Below the pieces are notes generated by a model that did not search any database, had not been told where the DNA came from, and saw only the letters and a program-made list of their open reading frames with translations. DNA of 64,000 bases from Spirochaetia bacterium (GTDB lineage: Bacteria; Spirochaetota; Spirochaetia; SZUA-6; Bin103), in NCBI GenBank assembly GCA_965203905.1, contig CBDBDQ010000005.1:7104001-7168000 (forward strand). Reading direction: 5' to 3'. This document shows positions 9,416-18,621 of this stretch, in pieces. Within the stretch, counting starts at the first letter, position 1, and every line of letters starts with the position of its first letter. Made by a program: the position numbers and the translations under genes.

Positions 9416-9442
9416 GGGGACCTGACCACTGGTCGGGTCCCC
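9416..9442 (+). terminator. stem-loop after SBP gene (attenuator or mRNA-stabilising)
   Basis: GGGGACCTGACC-ACT-GGTCGGGTCCCC 12-bp stem. Confidence 0.55.
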
Positions 9443-9478
9443 CTTGCGATCCGAGTCGAATGGCCGACGGCTGAGGCG

Positions 9479-10471
9479 ATGTCCGGGTACCTGGTCCGGC
9501 GCCTGCTCTACATGCTGCTGCTGCTGTGGCTGGTGAGCGTGGTGGCGTTCACCATCATCCAGCTCCCGCAGGGCGACTTCGTCACCTCGCTCGCGGTGCG
9601 CCTCGGCGAGCAGGGCGAGACGGTCACCCAGGAACTGCTCGACGGCCTGCGCCGCCGCTACGGCCTGGACCAGCCGGCGCACGTGCAGTACCTGAAGTGG
9701 TTCGGCAACGTGCTGCGCGGCGACTTCGGTTTTTCGTTCTACACCAACCGGCCGGTGAGCGATGTCATTGGAGAACGCCTGGCGCTCACCGTGCTGATAT
9801 CGGTCTGCTCGCTGGCGTTCTCCTACGGCGTCGGGATCCCCGTCGGCATCTACTCGGCGACTCACCAGTACCGGTTCGGTGACTACCTGTTCATGGCCGT
9901 CGGCTTCATCGGCCTGGCCACGCCCAATTTTCTGCTGGCGCTGGTGCTGATGTTCGTCGCCCTGGAGCTGGAGATGAGCGTGGGCGGCCTGTTCTCCCCC
10001 GAGTACCTGCGCGCGGGGTGGAGCCTCGCCAAGTTCGTCGACCTGCTCAAGCACCTGCCGCTGCCGGTAGTGATCGTCGGCACCGCGGGCACGGCGGGGC
10101 TGATCCGCATCATGCGCGGCCAGCTCCTGGACGAGCTGGAGCGCCTGTACGTGATCACCGCCCGCTCCAAGGGAGTGAGCGAGGTCCGCCTGCTGTTCAA
10201 GTACCCGGTGCGGGTGGCGGTGAACCCGATGATCAGCACCATCGGCTGGCTGTTGCCGGAGATCGTTTCCGGCAGCACCATCACCTCGCTGGTGCTGGGC
10301 CTGCCCACGGTGGGACCGCTGCTGTTCGTCGCCCTCACCAGCCAGGACATGTTCCTGGCCTCGACCCTGGTCCTGTTCCTCAGCGCGCTCACCGTCCTCG
10401 GCACGTTCATCTCCGACATACTGCTGAGCGCCATGGACCCGCGCATCCGCATGAGCCGCCAGAACGCATGA
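9479..10471 (+). CDS. peptide ABC transporter permease (DppB/OppB type)
   Basis: YGLDQP..QY, GDFGFS, TARSKG, DPRIR motifs. Confidence 0.93.
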   Translation: MSGYLVRRLLYMLLLLWLVSVVAFTIIQLPQGDFVTSLAVRLGEQGETVTQELLDGLRRRYGLDQPAHVQYLKWFGNVLRGDFGFSFYTNRPVSDVIGERLALTVLISVCSLAFSYGVGIPVGIYSATHQYRFGDYLFMAVGFIGLATPNFLLALVLMFVALELEMSVGGLFSPEYLRAGWSLAKFVDLLKHLPLPVVIVGTAGTAGLIRIMRGQLLDELERLYVITARSKGVSEVRLLFKYPVRVAVNPMISTIGWLLPEIVSGSTITSLVLGLPTVGPLLFVALTSQDMFLASTLVLFLSALTVLGTFISDILLSAMDPRIRMSRQNA

Positions 10472-11580
10472 GTGAAAAAACTACGACGTCTCGCGCCAAA
10501 GAAGAGTCCTACTACCTCGCCTCCCAGTGGCAGCTCATGTGGCGCAAGTTCCGGCGCCACCACCTGGCCCTGGTCGGCGGCGTGATCCTCGGGCTGCTGT
10601 ACCTGGCGGCGCTGGGGGCCGACTTCATCGCGCCCTACGACCCCAACGAGCTGTACGAGCACATCCATCACCCGCCGTCGCGGATCCGCTTCCTGCACGA
10701 GGGACGGCTGGTGGGGCCGTTCGTGTACGGAGTCACCGAGACGTTCGACCGGGAAGCGTACCAGTCGGTGTATACCGTGGATCGCAGCGTCCGCTACCGG
10801 GTGCGGCTGTTCGTTCGCGGCGCCCCGTACCGGTTTGCCGGTCTGCTACCGTCGCGGCTCCACCTGCTCGGAGCGGAAGATCCCGGACGGGTGTTTCTGT
10901 TCGGTACCGATACGCTCGGCCGCGACCTCTTCTCGCGCACCGTCCACGCCTCCCGCATCTCGCTCTCCATCGGGCTGGTAGGCGTGGCGCTGAGCTTCGT
11001 GATCGGAACCGCGCTTGGTGGCCTGTCCGGCTACTACGGCGGCCGCGTCGACACCTTCGTCCAGCGCTGTATCGAGTTCCTCATCTCCCTGCCCACCATT
11101 CCGCTGTGGATGGCGCTGGCCGCCGCGCTGCCGGCGGAGTGGAACGTGCTCCAGATCTACTTCGGCATCGTCATCATCCTGTCGCTGGTAAGCTGGGGCG
11201 GGCTGGCGCGCGTGGTGCGCGGCAAGCTGCTGGAGCTGCGCGAGCACGACTTCGTGATGGCGGCCCAGATCGGCGGCATGCGGGAGCTGACCATCATCCG
11301 CCGCCACCTGCTGCCCTCGTTCGCCAGCTACCTGATCGTGCACCTCACCCTGGCGATCCCGCGCATGATCCTGGCCGAGACCGCGCTCAGCTTCCTCGGC
11401 CTGGGTTTGCGTTCGCCGGCGCTGAGCTGGGGCGTGCTGCTGCAACGGGCGCAGAACTTCCGCAGCGTGGCCATCTACCCCTGGCTGCTGATCCCCGCCG
11501 CCTTCGTGATCATCACCGTGATGGCCTTCAACTTCGTAGGCGACGGCCTGCGCGACGCCGCCGACCCCTACAAGCAGTAA
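10468..11580 (+). CDS. peptide ABC transporter permease (DppC/OppC type)
   Basis: WRKFRRH, FGTDTLGRD, ETALSFLGLG, GDGLRDAADP motifs; ATGA overlap. Confidence 0.93.
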   Translation: MSEKTTTSRAKEESYYLASQWQLMWRKFRRHHLALVGGVILGLLYLAALGADFIAPYDPNELYEHIHHPPSRIRFLHEGRLVGPFVYGVTETFDREAYQSVYTVDRSVRYRVRLFVRGAPYRFAGLLPSRLHLLGAEDPGRVFLFGTDTLGRDLFSRTVHASRISLSIGLVGVALSFVIGTALGGLSGYYGGRVDTFVQRCIEFLISLPTIPLWMALAAALPAEWNVLQIYFGIVIILSLVSWGGLARVVRGKLLELREHDFVMAAQIGGMRELTIIRRHLLPSFASYLIVHLTLAIPRMILAETALSFLGLGLRSPALSWGVLLQRAQNFRSVAIYPWLLIPAAFVIITVMAFNFVGDGLRDAADPYKQ

Positions 11581-11682
11581 TCTCCCGGCCGCGCTCCCGG
11601 CACCGAGCAGCGGTTCCGAGGGCTCCGAGTCACCTGATTCGCCCGCCCCGCGGTTGCGCGTATAATTCGGTTGGACCCTGCC

Positions 11683-12663
11683 ATGCCCACGCGCGCTCCC
11701 CGAAATCGTACCGTCTCATGCACCGAAGCGGATCGCGAGCGACTGGCACACCACGTCCTGCGGCTGGGTGGCTCCGTCTCCTGCCGCGATCTTGCCGGCC
11801 ATGTTGTCGCCGGCGACTTCTTTACCGTGGCGAAACACTTCCCCTCTGCCTTCGTCGACCTGCTCATCCTGGATCCGCCATACAATATTTCCAAGGACTT
11901 CAATGGCAGCGCCTTCCGGAAAAAACCGGCAGATGAATACCGCCGTTGGTTTCAGGATCTCATCGATCTTCTCATGCCGATGATGAAACCGAACGCGACG
12001 CTGTACGTGTGTTCGGACTGGAGCACATCGACACTGATCTTCCCCGTCCTGAACGCGGCATTTCAGGTCCGGAATCGAATCACCTGGGAACGGGACAAGG
12101 GTCGAGGCGCGAAGACGAACTGGAAGAACAACGCCGAGGACATCTGGTTCTGCACCAGGTCGGACGAGTATTACTTCAACGTGGAGGCGGTGAAGCTGAA
12201 GCGCAGGGTGCTCGCACCCTACCGCGCGCACGGGACGCCGAAGGACTGGTCCGAAGAGTCCAATGGCAAGTTCCGCCTGACCCATCCGTCGAACATCTGG
12301 ACCGACATCACCGTCCCGTTCTGGTCGATGTCGGAAAACACCGACCATCCGGCTCAGAAGCCGGAAAAACTGATCGCGAAGCTGACTCTGGCGAGCTCGA
12401 GACCGGGCGACTGGGTATTCGATCCTTTTCTCGGCAGCGGCACCACCGCGGTCGTTGCGGAAAAGCTCTCACGCCGTTGGTGCGGCGTCGAGATCGATGC
12501 CGAATACCAGTGTCTGGCACTCAAGCGGCTCGCCGCGGCCAGGACCGATCGGTCGATCCAGGGTTACGCTGACGGCGTGTTCTGGGAACGCAACGCTTTT
12601 TCCGGCCGCACGCGGAGGGCCGAACATGACAGCGCAAGCGGACAATCGGATCTGTTCGCATGA
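11683..12663 (+). CDS. N6-adenine/N4-cytosine DNA methyltransferase (beta class)
   Basis: DPPY before HPAQKP and DPFLGSGTT; TATAAT at 11661-11666 upstream. Confidence 0.92.
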   Translation: MPTRAPRNRTVSCTEADRERLAHHVLRLGGSVSCRDLAGHVVAGDFFTVAKHFPSAFVDLLILDPPYNISKDFNGSAFRKKPADEYRRWFQDLIDLLMPMMKPNATLYVCSDWSTSTLIFPVLNAAFQVRNRITWERDKGRGAKTNWKNNAEDIWFCTRSDEYYFNVEAVKLKRRVLAPYRAHGTPKDWSEESNGKFRLTHPSNIWTDITVPFWSMSENTDHPAQKPEKLIAKLTLASSRPGDWVFDPFLGSGTTAVVAEKLSRRWCGVEIDAEYQCLALKRLAAARTDRSIQGYADGVFWERNAFSGRTRRAEHDSASGQSDLFA

Positions 12664-13328
12664 AATCGCGGTTCTACTACGACGGTCACCATCAGGCCGT
12701 AGCCATCGGTATCAGAGATCACCTGAATTCGGTAGCCGACTTCCTCACACCGCAGACTGCCAACAGTCCCAGAGCTGTCGGTGACGCGCTGGAGTCGATC
12801 GTCGCCGAGCAGTTCGATGCTCTCCTCGGCGCGTGGTGCGCAGAATACTCAAGCGACTTCGCCCGTCGTGCTATGGCGGACCTCGCTTTCACCGATCGAG
12901 AGGGCATCTACTCAGTAGTGGACGTCAAGACCCACCGGGAAGACACTCGATTCAACATGCCCAACCTCACGTCGGTGGAGCGGCTTACCCGATTCTACGA
13001 ATCCGATGCCAACGTGTTTGCGCTATTGCTCATCAGGTACTCGATCCAGGACACGAGCTTTACGGCATCCGAAGTCATATTCGCGCCGATTGAGTTTCTG
13101 GATTGGGACTGTCTTACGATAGGGGCGTTGGGCTGGGGGCAGATCCAGATAGCCAACGCAAACGACGTCCGCGTCAGGGATCGATATTCGCGGAAGCGAT
13201 GGATGTTGGAACTCTGCGACACGATGATCGAGTTCTATCCGAGGGAGATCGACAAGATTCGTAGCAGGATGGACCGATTCGCTGACGTGCGGGCATACTG
13301 GGAATCGAAGCAGGACGTATGGGAATGA
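12660..13328 (+). CDS. putative type II restriction endonuclease (HpaI/HincII-like PD-(D/E)xK)
   Basis: ADL...VDVKT..MPNLTS and ALGWGQIQI motifs; ATGA-coupled to the MTase. Confidence 0.75.
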   Translation: MKSRFYYDGHHQAVAIGIRDHLNSVADFLTPQTANSPRAVGDALESIVAEQFDALLGAWCAEYSSDFARRAMADLAFTDREGIYSVVDVKTHREDTRFNMPNLTSVERLTRFYESDANVFALLLIRYSIQDTSFTASEVIFAPIEFLDWDCLTIGALGWGQIQIANANDVRVRDRYSRKRWMLELCDTMIEFYPREIDKIRSRMDRFADVRAYWESKQDVWE

Positions 13329-13350
13329 AGGAAGGCGGCTACGAAGAGTC

Positions 13351-13525
13351 ATTCACCCGGACCATAAGATTCTCGGAGTAGCGACGGTCTTCGTGGGGAC
13401 TCTCGTCCCCGTACAGTGGTTGATCGACTACCTGGAGGCGGACCGATCGCTGGCCGAGTTTCTGGACGACTTCCCCAGTGTTACCGGCAGCCAAGCTATC
13501 GCAGTGCTGGAACAGGCGAAGTACG
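13351..13525 (+). pseudogene. degenerate DUF433 (antitoxin-like) gene
   Basis: HKILGVATVFVGTLVPVQWLIDYLEA..FLDDFPSVT..QAIAVLE; the nearby ATG (13325) is out of frame. Confidence 0.7.
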
Positions 13526-13723
13526 ACATCGACTCACTCATGCCGCCGATGCCTGCCGTCCGCGACGCGTTCCGCGACGTGGAGCCTGCGCGGATCATAG
13601 AGCTTGTCGAACAGCGCTGCCAGACGCAGTGCAATGTCGCCGGGGTCGCGCATCGAGCCGACGACGTCTTCGGGCCTCGGGTGCGATCAATGTACGCATG
13701 TGCGCTCCTTGGCATGAAAATGA

Positions 13724-14509
13724 TCACGTGAGCTGCATGCCGGATGAGCCTCTAATTGTGGCTGTAATCTTTGCACGCCGGGGCGAAATGACCTCATCAA
13801 AGATCTCCTGAACGAAAGGCGCAACCCAATATTGAGAATCAGGTGCCGGCTGTACTCCACATTCGAGGGCATCGGTATAGTCACTAGACATCATATAGTG
13901 ATCCTTCAAGAAAAAGACGTACCCAAGGTGCATAACAAGGAGATCTTGTGCATCGGCTCTGAACGTGTCTATCCACGGCATTCGAGTCGGAAGACTAACT
14001 TCGTTGTCATTAACCAATACATGGTGATAGAATTTGTAGTGTGTATGGGCATTGCAGCGATCTCGTATAGATCTGTACCGATTTTCAGATAGTAGAATGG
14101 TTATCGGTTTGGCCATCTGTGCATTGGTGATGTACTTGCGCATTGTTTCATATTGTGGCAACTGTGCTTTGCCGGCCAACCATTTTTGAATTTTTTTTAC
14201 GATGAAGTTCTGAGTGCTGAAATGCTCGGCCAGGTAGAGCTTGGTGTAAATGTCGATAACAGCCGAATCGTAGTATTTTCTAAGTAGACAATATGCATCG
14301 TTGATCCGTCCCGACAGAAGAATAGCTTGGATAGATTCAAGTGTGCCATGCATGGAGCTGTACGTGTAGCTATCAATATTCTCTATTGATTTGACTCCCA
14401 TAGTTGGGAAGCGAAATACGGACATTGTCAGACTTTTGTAGAAGGAGATATTTCGCGCGAGGTCTGCGAATACGCTATGGGACTGGTATGCCTCGCTATT
14501 TACTTGCAT
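13724..14509 (-). CDS. hypothetical protein, possibly HEPN-fold
   Basis: AT-rich 261-aa ORF with AYCLLRKYYD and RDRCNAHTH (R-x5-H). Confidence 0.6.
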   Translation of the reverse strand: MQVNSEAYQSHSVFADLARNISFYKSLTMSVFRFPTMGVKSIENIDSYTYSSMHGTLESIQAILLSGRINDAYCLLRKYYDSAVIDIYTKLYLAEHFSTQNFIVKKIQKWLAGKAQLPQYETMRKYITNAQMAKPITILLSENRYRSIRDRCNAHTHYKFYHHVLVNDNEVSLPTRMPWIDTFRADAQDLLVMHLGYVFFLKDHYMMSSDYTDALECGVQPAPDSQYWVAPFVQEIFDEVISPRRAKITATIRGSSGMQLT

Positions 14510-14871
14510 CAGACATTACTCGTTAAATATTAATTGGAAATGGGGAGTAACAGTCGGTCTCGCTTCTTGATTCTTTCGCGGGGAGGTGGCCCCGATTCGG
14601 TTACACAGTATAAGGGGTAGTCTATAGTGTATTCCGTTGGTTGTCAACAAGGTGTGACAGCGGCTGGGCGTTTCCCAGTGGGCCTGATTTTCGCGCTCGT
14701 ACTTGCAATAGGGATAGGGTAAAGGACCAGGGACCAGCGGGCGTTCGCACCTCGACGATAAACGTACGGACGTTCTCTGTTGGTTCCTGCCGGTACAGTA
14801 ACAGCGCGTCGCAGAACTTGGGGTGACGATGAACGCTGGCAGCCCCTCGCTGGCCAATCCTCTCTGCCGAT

Positions 14872-16137
14872 TCAGAGGACTGACGCGGTGGGGAGTTCCG
14901 AGAGCAGGGTTTCCGGGAAGCGGAGGTAGGTTACCTGCTGCCAGCGGTGGGGGATGAACAGGTGCACCGTCCCGCGGTCGATGAACAGGTCCATGTAGGA
15001 GCACTGGTGGTTGCGGAACGGGGTGTCGAACGAGGGCTCCAGCGCGTTGGCCAGCAGGAAGCGCGGCTCGGACCAGGAACGGCCGCGGTCCGAGGAGAGG
15101 GCGACCCATAGTTCCGAGCGGTCGGCCATCAGCTCCGGCTTGCTGCCGCTGAGCCCGGTGTAGTCGAGGTCATGGTGCCGGTTGTGGTGGAAGGCGGCCA
15201 GGGTGGCGCCGTCCGAGAGCCGGAACAGCATCGGCGGGGCGTCCGGGTGGACCAGCGGCGTCGGCTCGGGATAGCTCCAGCTCCTGCCGTCGTCCATGCT
15301 GCGCGCCTGCCACAGGTGCCCTTCCGGCGACCGCGCCATGAGCAGTATCTCGCCGGCGCCGAGATCGATCGGCCGGCCTTCGTCCATCCTCCCGAAGCAA
15401 CGCGCGAACCAGCCGCCGTGCCGGACCTCGGGCAGCAGTTGCCAGCTCGCACCCTGGTCCTCGCTGCGCAACAGGTACTGGCGGGTCAACAGCGGCTTGT
15501 AGCTCCAGTCCGCTTCGTGGGAACCGATCAGCCAGGTTCCCGCCTCGGTCTCGCACATGCGCATCACCGACATGCCCGTGAAGCGGGGGTCGTTGTCCGG
15601 CTCGATCAGGCGCACGTCGCTCCAGGTGTGCCCGTCATCGTCCGACCACCGGTAGCCGATCGGGGCGTTCTCCTGCAGCCCGCGTTCGCGGGTACGGCGG
15701 CCCCAGATCGGCTGCGTGCCGAAGGAGTAGATGCGACTGCCGCCACGCGGGATCAGCGGCACGAACCCGTGCTGGTTGTAGTCGATGGCGAAGGAGATCG
15801 TGGGGCCGTGCCAGGTGTCACCGCCATCCGCGGATCGGAACGCCACCAGGTCGTTGATCTTGCGCGCGGCGCGGCCGTAGTGGCAGCCGCCCTCGGCCGG
15901 GTCGTGATCGGCGCTGTCGGTGGGGAACATCAGCAGGTAGTCGCCACCGGGGGTGACCGTGGCGCGGGTCTCGAACAGCGTTCCCGGCGCGCGGTAGATC
16001 ACCTGCCCCTGCACTCCCGGCACCGAGAGCAGCCCGACCTGTTCCAGCGCCACCAGGCCGTCGGGCGGGGAGCCCACGCTGATGGGCGCTCCATGAACGG
16101 TGGTGCGGTCGGCCAGCGGCAGCGGTTGGTACGTCAT
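14872..16137 (-). CDS. BNR/Asp-box sialidase-family protein
   Basis: Repeated SxDxGxTW Asp boxes (SADGGDTW, SDDDGHTW, SEDQGASW, SMDDGRSW, SSDRGRSW). Confidence 0.88.
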   Translation of the reverse strand: MTYQPLPLADRTTVHGAPISVGSPPDGLVALEQVGLLSVPGVQGQVIYRAPGTLFETRATVTPGGDYLLMFPTDSADHDPAEGGCHYGRAARKINDLVAFRSADGGDTWHGPTISFAIDYNQHGFVPLIPRGGSRIYSFGTQPIWGRRTRERGLQENAPIGYRWSDDDGHTWSDVRLIEPDNDPRFTGMSVMRMCETEAGTWLIGSHEADWSYKPLLTRQYLLRSEDQGASWQLLPEVRHGGWFARCFGRMDEGRPIDLGAGEILLMARSPEGHLWQARSMDDGRSWSYPEPTPLVHPDAPPMLFRLSDGATLAAFHHNRHHDLDYTGLSGSKPELMADRSELWVALSSDRGRSWSEPRFLLANALEPSFDTPFRNHQCSYMDLFIDRGTVHLFIPHRWQQVTYLRFPETLLSELPTASVL

Positions 16138-16259
16138 CGCGAGGAGCCGACCTTACCACCGGCATCGTGGCCGCTCAAGCGCAGACAGGCGCACAGGCGC
16201 ACGTCACGCGAGCGCACGCCGGGCGGCGCGCGTCCGCGGAGTATGGTAGGCTGCGCGCG

Positions 16260-17579
16260 ATGGGCATCACACAGCGGCAGCGGGAGCTGCTGGCGCACAC
16301 CTGGGTCGACTTCATGCCGATGCAGCGCTTCGCCGAGGCGCCGCTGATCGTGGAGCGGGCCGACGGCGTCTACTACTGGGACGTGGCGGGCAAGCGCTAC
16401 CTGGACGCCATCGGCGGCGTCTTCGTGGCCAGCCTCGGCCACCGCCACCCACGCCTGCTGGAGGCCGTGCGCACGCAGCTGGAGCGGCTCACCCTGGCGC
16501 CGCCGATGCACGGGGTAGCCGACGTGACCCTGGAGCTGGTAGAGCGCCTCGGCGCGGTCACGCCCGGCGACCTCGACTTCATCAAGACCTTCAGCGGCGG
16601 CTCGGAAGCCAACGAAGCCGCCATCAAGCTCGCGCGCCAGTACTGGAAGCAGAGCGGCCATCCCGGCAAGTACAAGGTGATCAGCCGCTACTTCGGCTAC
16701 CACGGCAGCACCTTCGGCGCCATGGCCGCCAGCGGCACCGGACCGCGCAAGAGCAAGTTCGAGCCGCAGATGGGGGGCTTCGTGAAGGTGTTTCCCCCCA
16801 CCCACTACCGCGACCGCTTCGCCACCTGGGAGGAGTGCAACCGCTTCGCCGCCGCCAGCGTGGAGGACGTGATCGTGGCCGAGGACCCGGAGACGGTGGC
16901 CGCCGTGATGCTGGAGCCGATCGGCAATACCGGCGGCATCATCACCCCCACCGGGGAATACCTCGCACTGTTGCGCGAGATCTGCGACCGTCACTCCGTG
17001 CTGCTGATCTTCGACGAGGTGATCACCGGGTTCGGCAAGACCGGCAGCATGTTCGCAGCCCAGACCTTCGGCGTGACCCCCGACGTCATCTGCTGCGGCA
17101 AGGGCATGTCCTCGGGGGTGGTGCCGATCGGCGCCATCGCCGCGCGCCGCGGCATCGGGACAAGCTTCTGGGGCGACGAGCGGGACAACGTCCACTTCGC
17201 CCACGGCAACACCTACGCCGGCAATCCCCTGGCCGCCGCCGCCGCCATCGCCGTGCTCGACGTCATCGAAGACGACGACCTGTGCGCACGCGCCCGCGAC
17301 CACGGCGCCTGGCTGCGCACGCGGCTGGAGGCTCTGCACGACACCGGCGTGGTGCGCGAGGTACGGGGGCGCGGGGTGTGGCTCGGGGTCGAGCTGACAG
17401 ACCCGCGCGTGGGGACGGCCCTGGCACGCCGTGCGGTCGGCGACGGGCTCATCCTGCGGGTCGATCCCGGCTGGTTCGCCATCGCCCCGGCGCTCACCGC
17501 CAGCCGCGCCGAGCTCGAAGCGATCTGCGACCGGATCGAGGCCAGCCTCAGCGCCGCCATCTCCGACGCCGGCTTGTAG
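16260..17579 (+). CDS. class III PLP aminotransferase
   Basis: GKRYLDA, GSEANEAAIK, DEVITGFGKTG, PDVICCGKG, HGNTY. Confidence 0.92.
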   Translation: MGITQRQRELLAHTWVDFMPMQRFAEAPLIVERADGVYYWDVAGKRYLDAIGGVFVASLGHRHPRLLEAVRTQLERLTLAPPMHGVADVTLELVERLGAVTPGDLDFIKTFSGGSEANEAAIKLARQYWKQSGHPGKYKVISRYFGYHGSTFGAMAASGTGPRKSKFEPQMGGFVKVFPPTHYRDRFATWEECNRFAAASVEDVIVAEDPETVAAVMLEPIGNTGGIITPTGEYLALLREICDRHSVLLIFDEVITGFGKTGSMFAAQTFGVTPDVICCGKGMSSGVVPIGAIAARRGIGTSFWGDERDNVHFAHGNTYAGNPLAAAAAIAVLDVIEDDDLCARARDHGAWLRTRLEALHDTGVVREVRGRGVWLGVELTDPRVGTALARRAVGDGLILRVDPGWFAIAPALTASRAELEAICDRIEASLSAAISDAGL

Positions 17580-17588
17580 CGACGCGGG

Positions 17589-18575
17589 TCAGTCGAGCTC
17601 GGCGTCGATAACCTGGAGCTGGGTGCGCAGGTCCTCTACCTCCTGGGCCCAGAACGCCGCCCCACCCCACTGTGGAAACGACTCGCGGAAGCGCAGGTCG
17701 TGGCGCTGCAGCGCCGACCAGGCCAGGTAGTAGATCATCCGCATCACCCGCAGCGGCTCGATCAGCCGCTGCTCGCGCCGATCGAACGGCCGGAACTGCT
17801 CGTAGCCCTCCAGCAGCAACGCCAGCTCGCGGCGGCTGTCGGCCATCCGGCCCGGCAGCAGCAGCCACAGGTCCTGCACCGCCGGCCCGAGCATCAGGTC
17901 GTCGAAGTCGATCAACAGCAGGCCCTCGGCGGCGCGATCCAGGATGTTGCCGCGGTGGCAGTCGCCGTGCACCGGCTGCAGCGACACGCCTTCGAACCGC
18001 GGCCCGAACCGCTCCACCGCGCCGCGCGCCAGCTCGAAGAACTCCGCCGCGGCAGCGGGTGCCACCACGCTCGCCTGCTCCAGCTCGTCGATGAACCGTG
18101 CCGTCGCCCGCCGCGGGGTGCAGCTCAGCCGGTGCTCGACGCTGCCACCAGCCAGTGCGACGTGCAGGCGCCCCACCAGCGCGCCGATACGCAGCCAGTC
18201 CTCGTCGCGGTCGGCGTCGAAGTTGCGTCCGCTGCGCTTGGGGTAGACCGCGTAGTAGAACTCCTGCTCGGCGGTCGCGCCGGCCGCGGTCACGGCGTGC
18301 AGCGTCTCGCCGCCGGCGTCGGCCAGCGGCGCCACCACCGGAAGCTCCGCGGCGGCGCACCTGGCCACCAGGCGGTGCTCCTCCGCGATCGCCTCCCACG
18401 ACCAGCGCCGCGGCCGGTAGAACTTGGCGACGAACTGGCGACCGTCCTCGTCGCCGAACCCGTACACGCGGTTGACGTAGCTGGGGTAGCCGGTAAGCGC
18501 TCCGTCGACCGGAGTCGCGATTACCGATTCGATGGCCTGCACGGCCACGTAGGGGGTAAGCAGAGCGAAGCTCAT
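17589..18575 (-). CDS. srkA: stress response serine/threonine kinase SrkA/RdoA
   Basis: SYVNRVY, VAKFYRPRRW, HGDCHRGNIL, IDFDD, GPAVQDLW, FRESFPQW. Confidence 0.88.
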   Translation of the reverse strand: MSFALLTPYVAVQAIESVIATPVDGALTGYPSYVNRVYGFGDEDGRQFVAKFYRPRRWSWEAIAEEHRLVARCAAAELPVVAPLADAGGETLHAVTAAGATAEQEFYYAVYPKRSGRNFDADRDEDWLRIGALVGRLHVALAGGSVEHRLSCTPRRATARFIDELEQASVVAPAAAAEFFELARGAVERFGPRFEGVSLQPVHGDCHRGNILDRAAEGLLLIDFDDLMLGPAVQDLWLLLPGRMADSRRELALLLEGYEQFRPFDRREQRLIEPLRVMRMIYYLAWSALQRHDLRFRESFPQWGGAAFWAQEVEDLRTQLQVIDAELD

Positions 18576-18621
18576 GACAGGGCAAGTGCGGGCGGTGCGA
18601 CCACATGCACCGCGCGCGAAC

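Noticed and set aside
11581-11640. Possible eroded copy of the sialidase 3' end, and a 14-nt match to 16014-16027
   Set aside because: Similarity too short and gapped to distinguish from chance in GC-rich DNA
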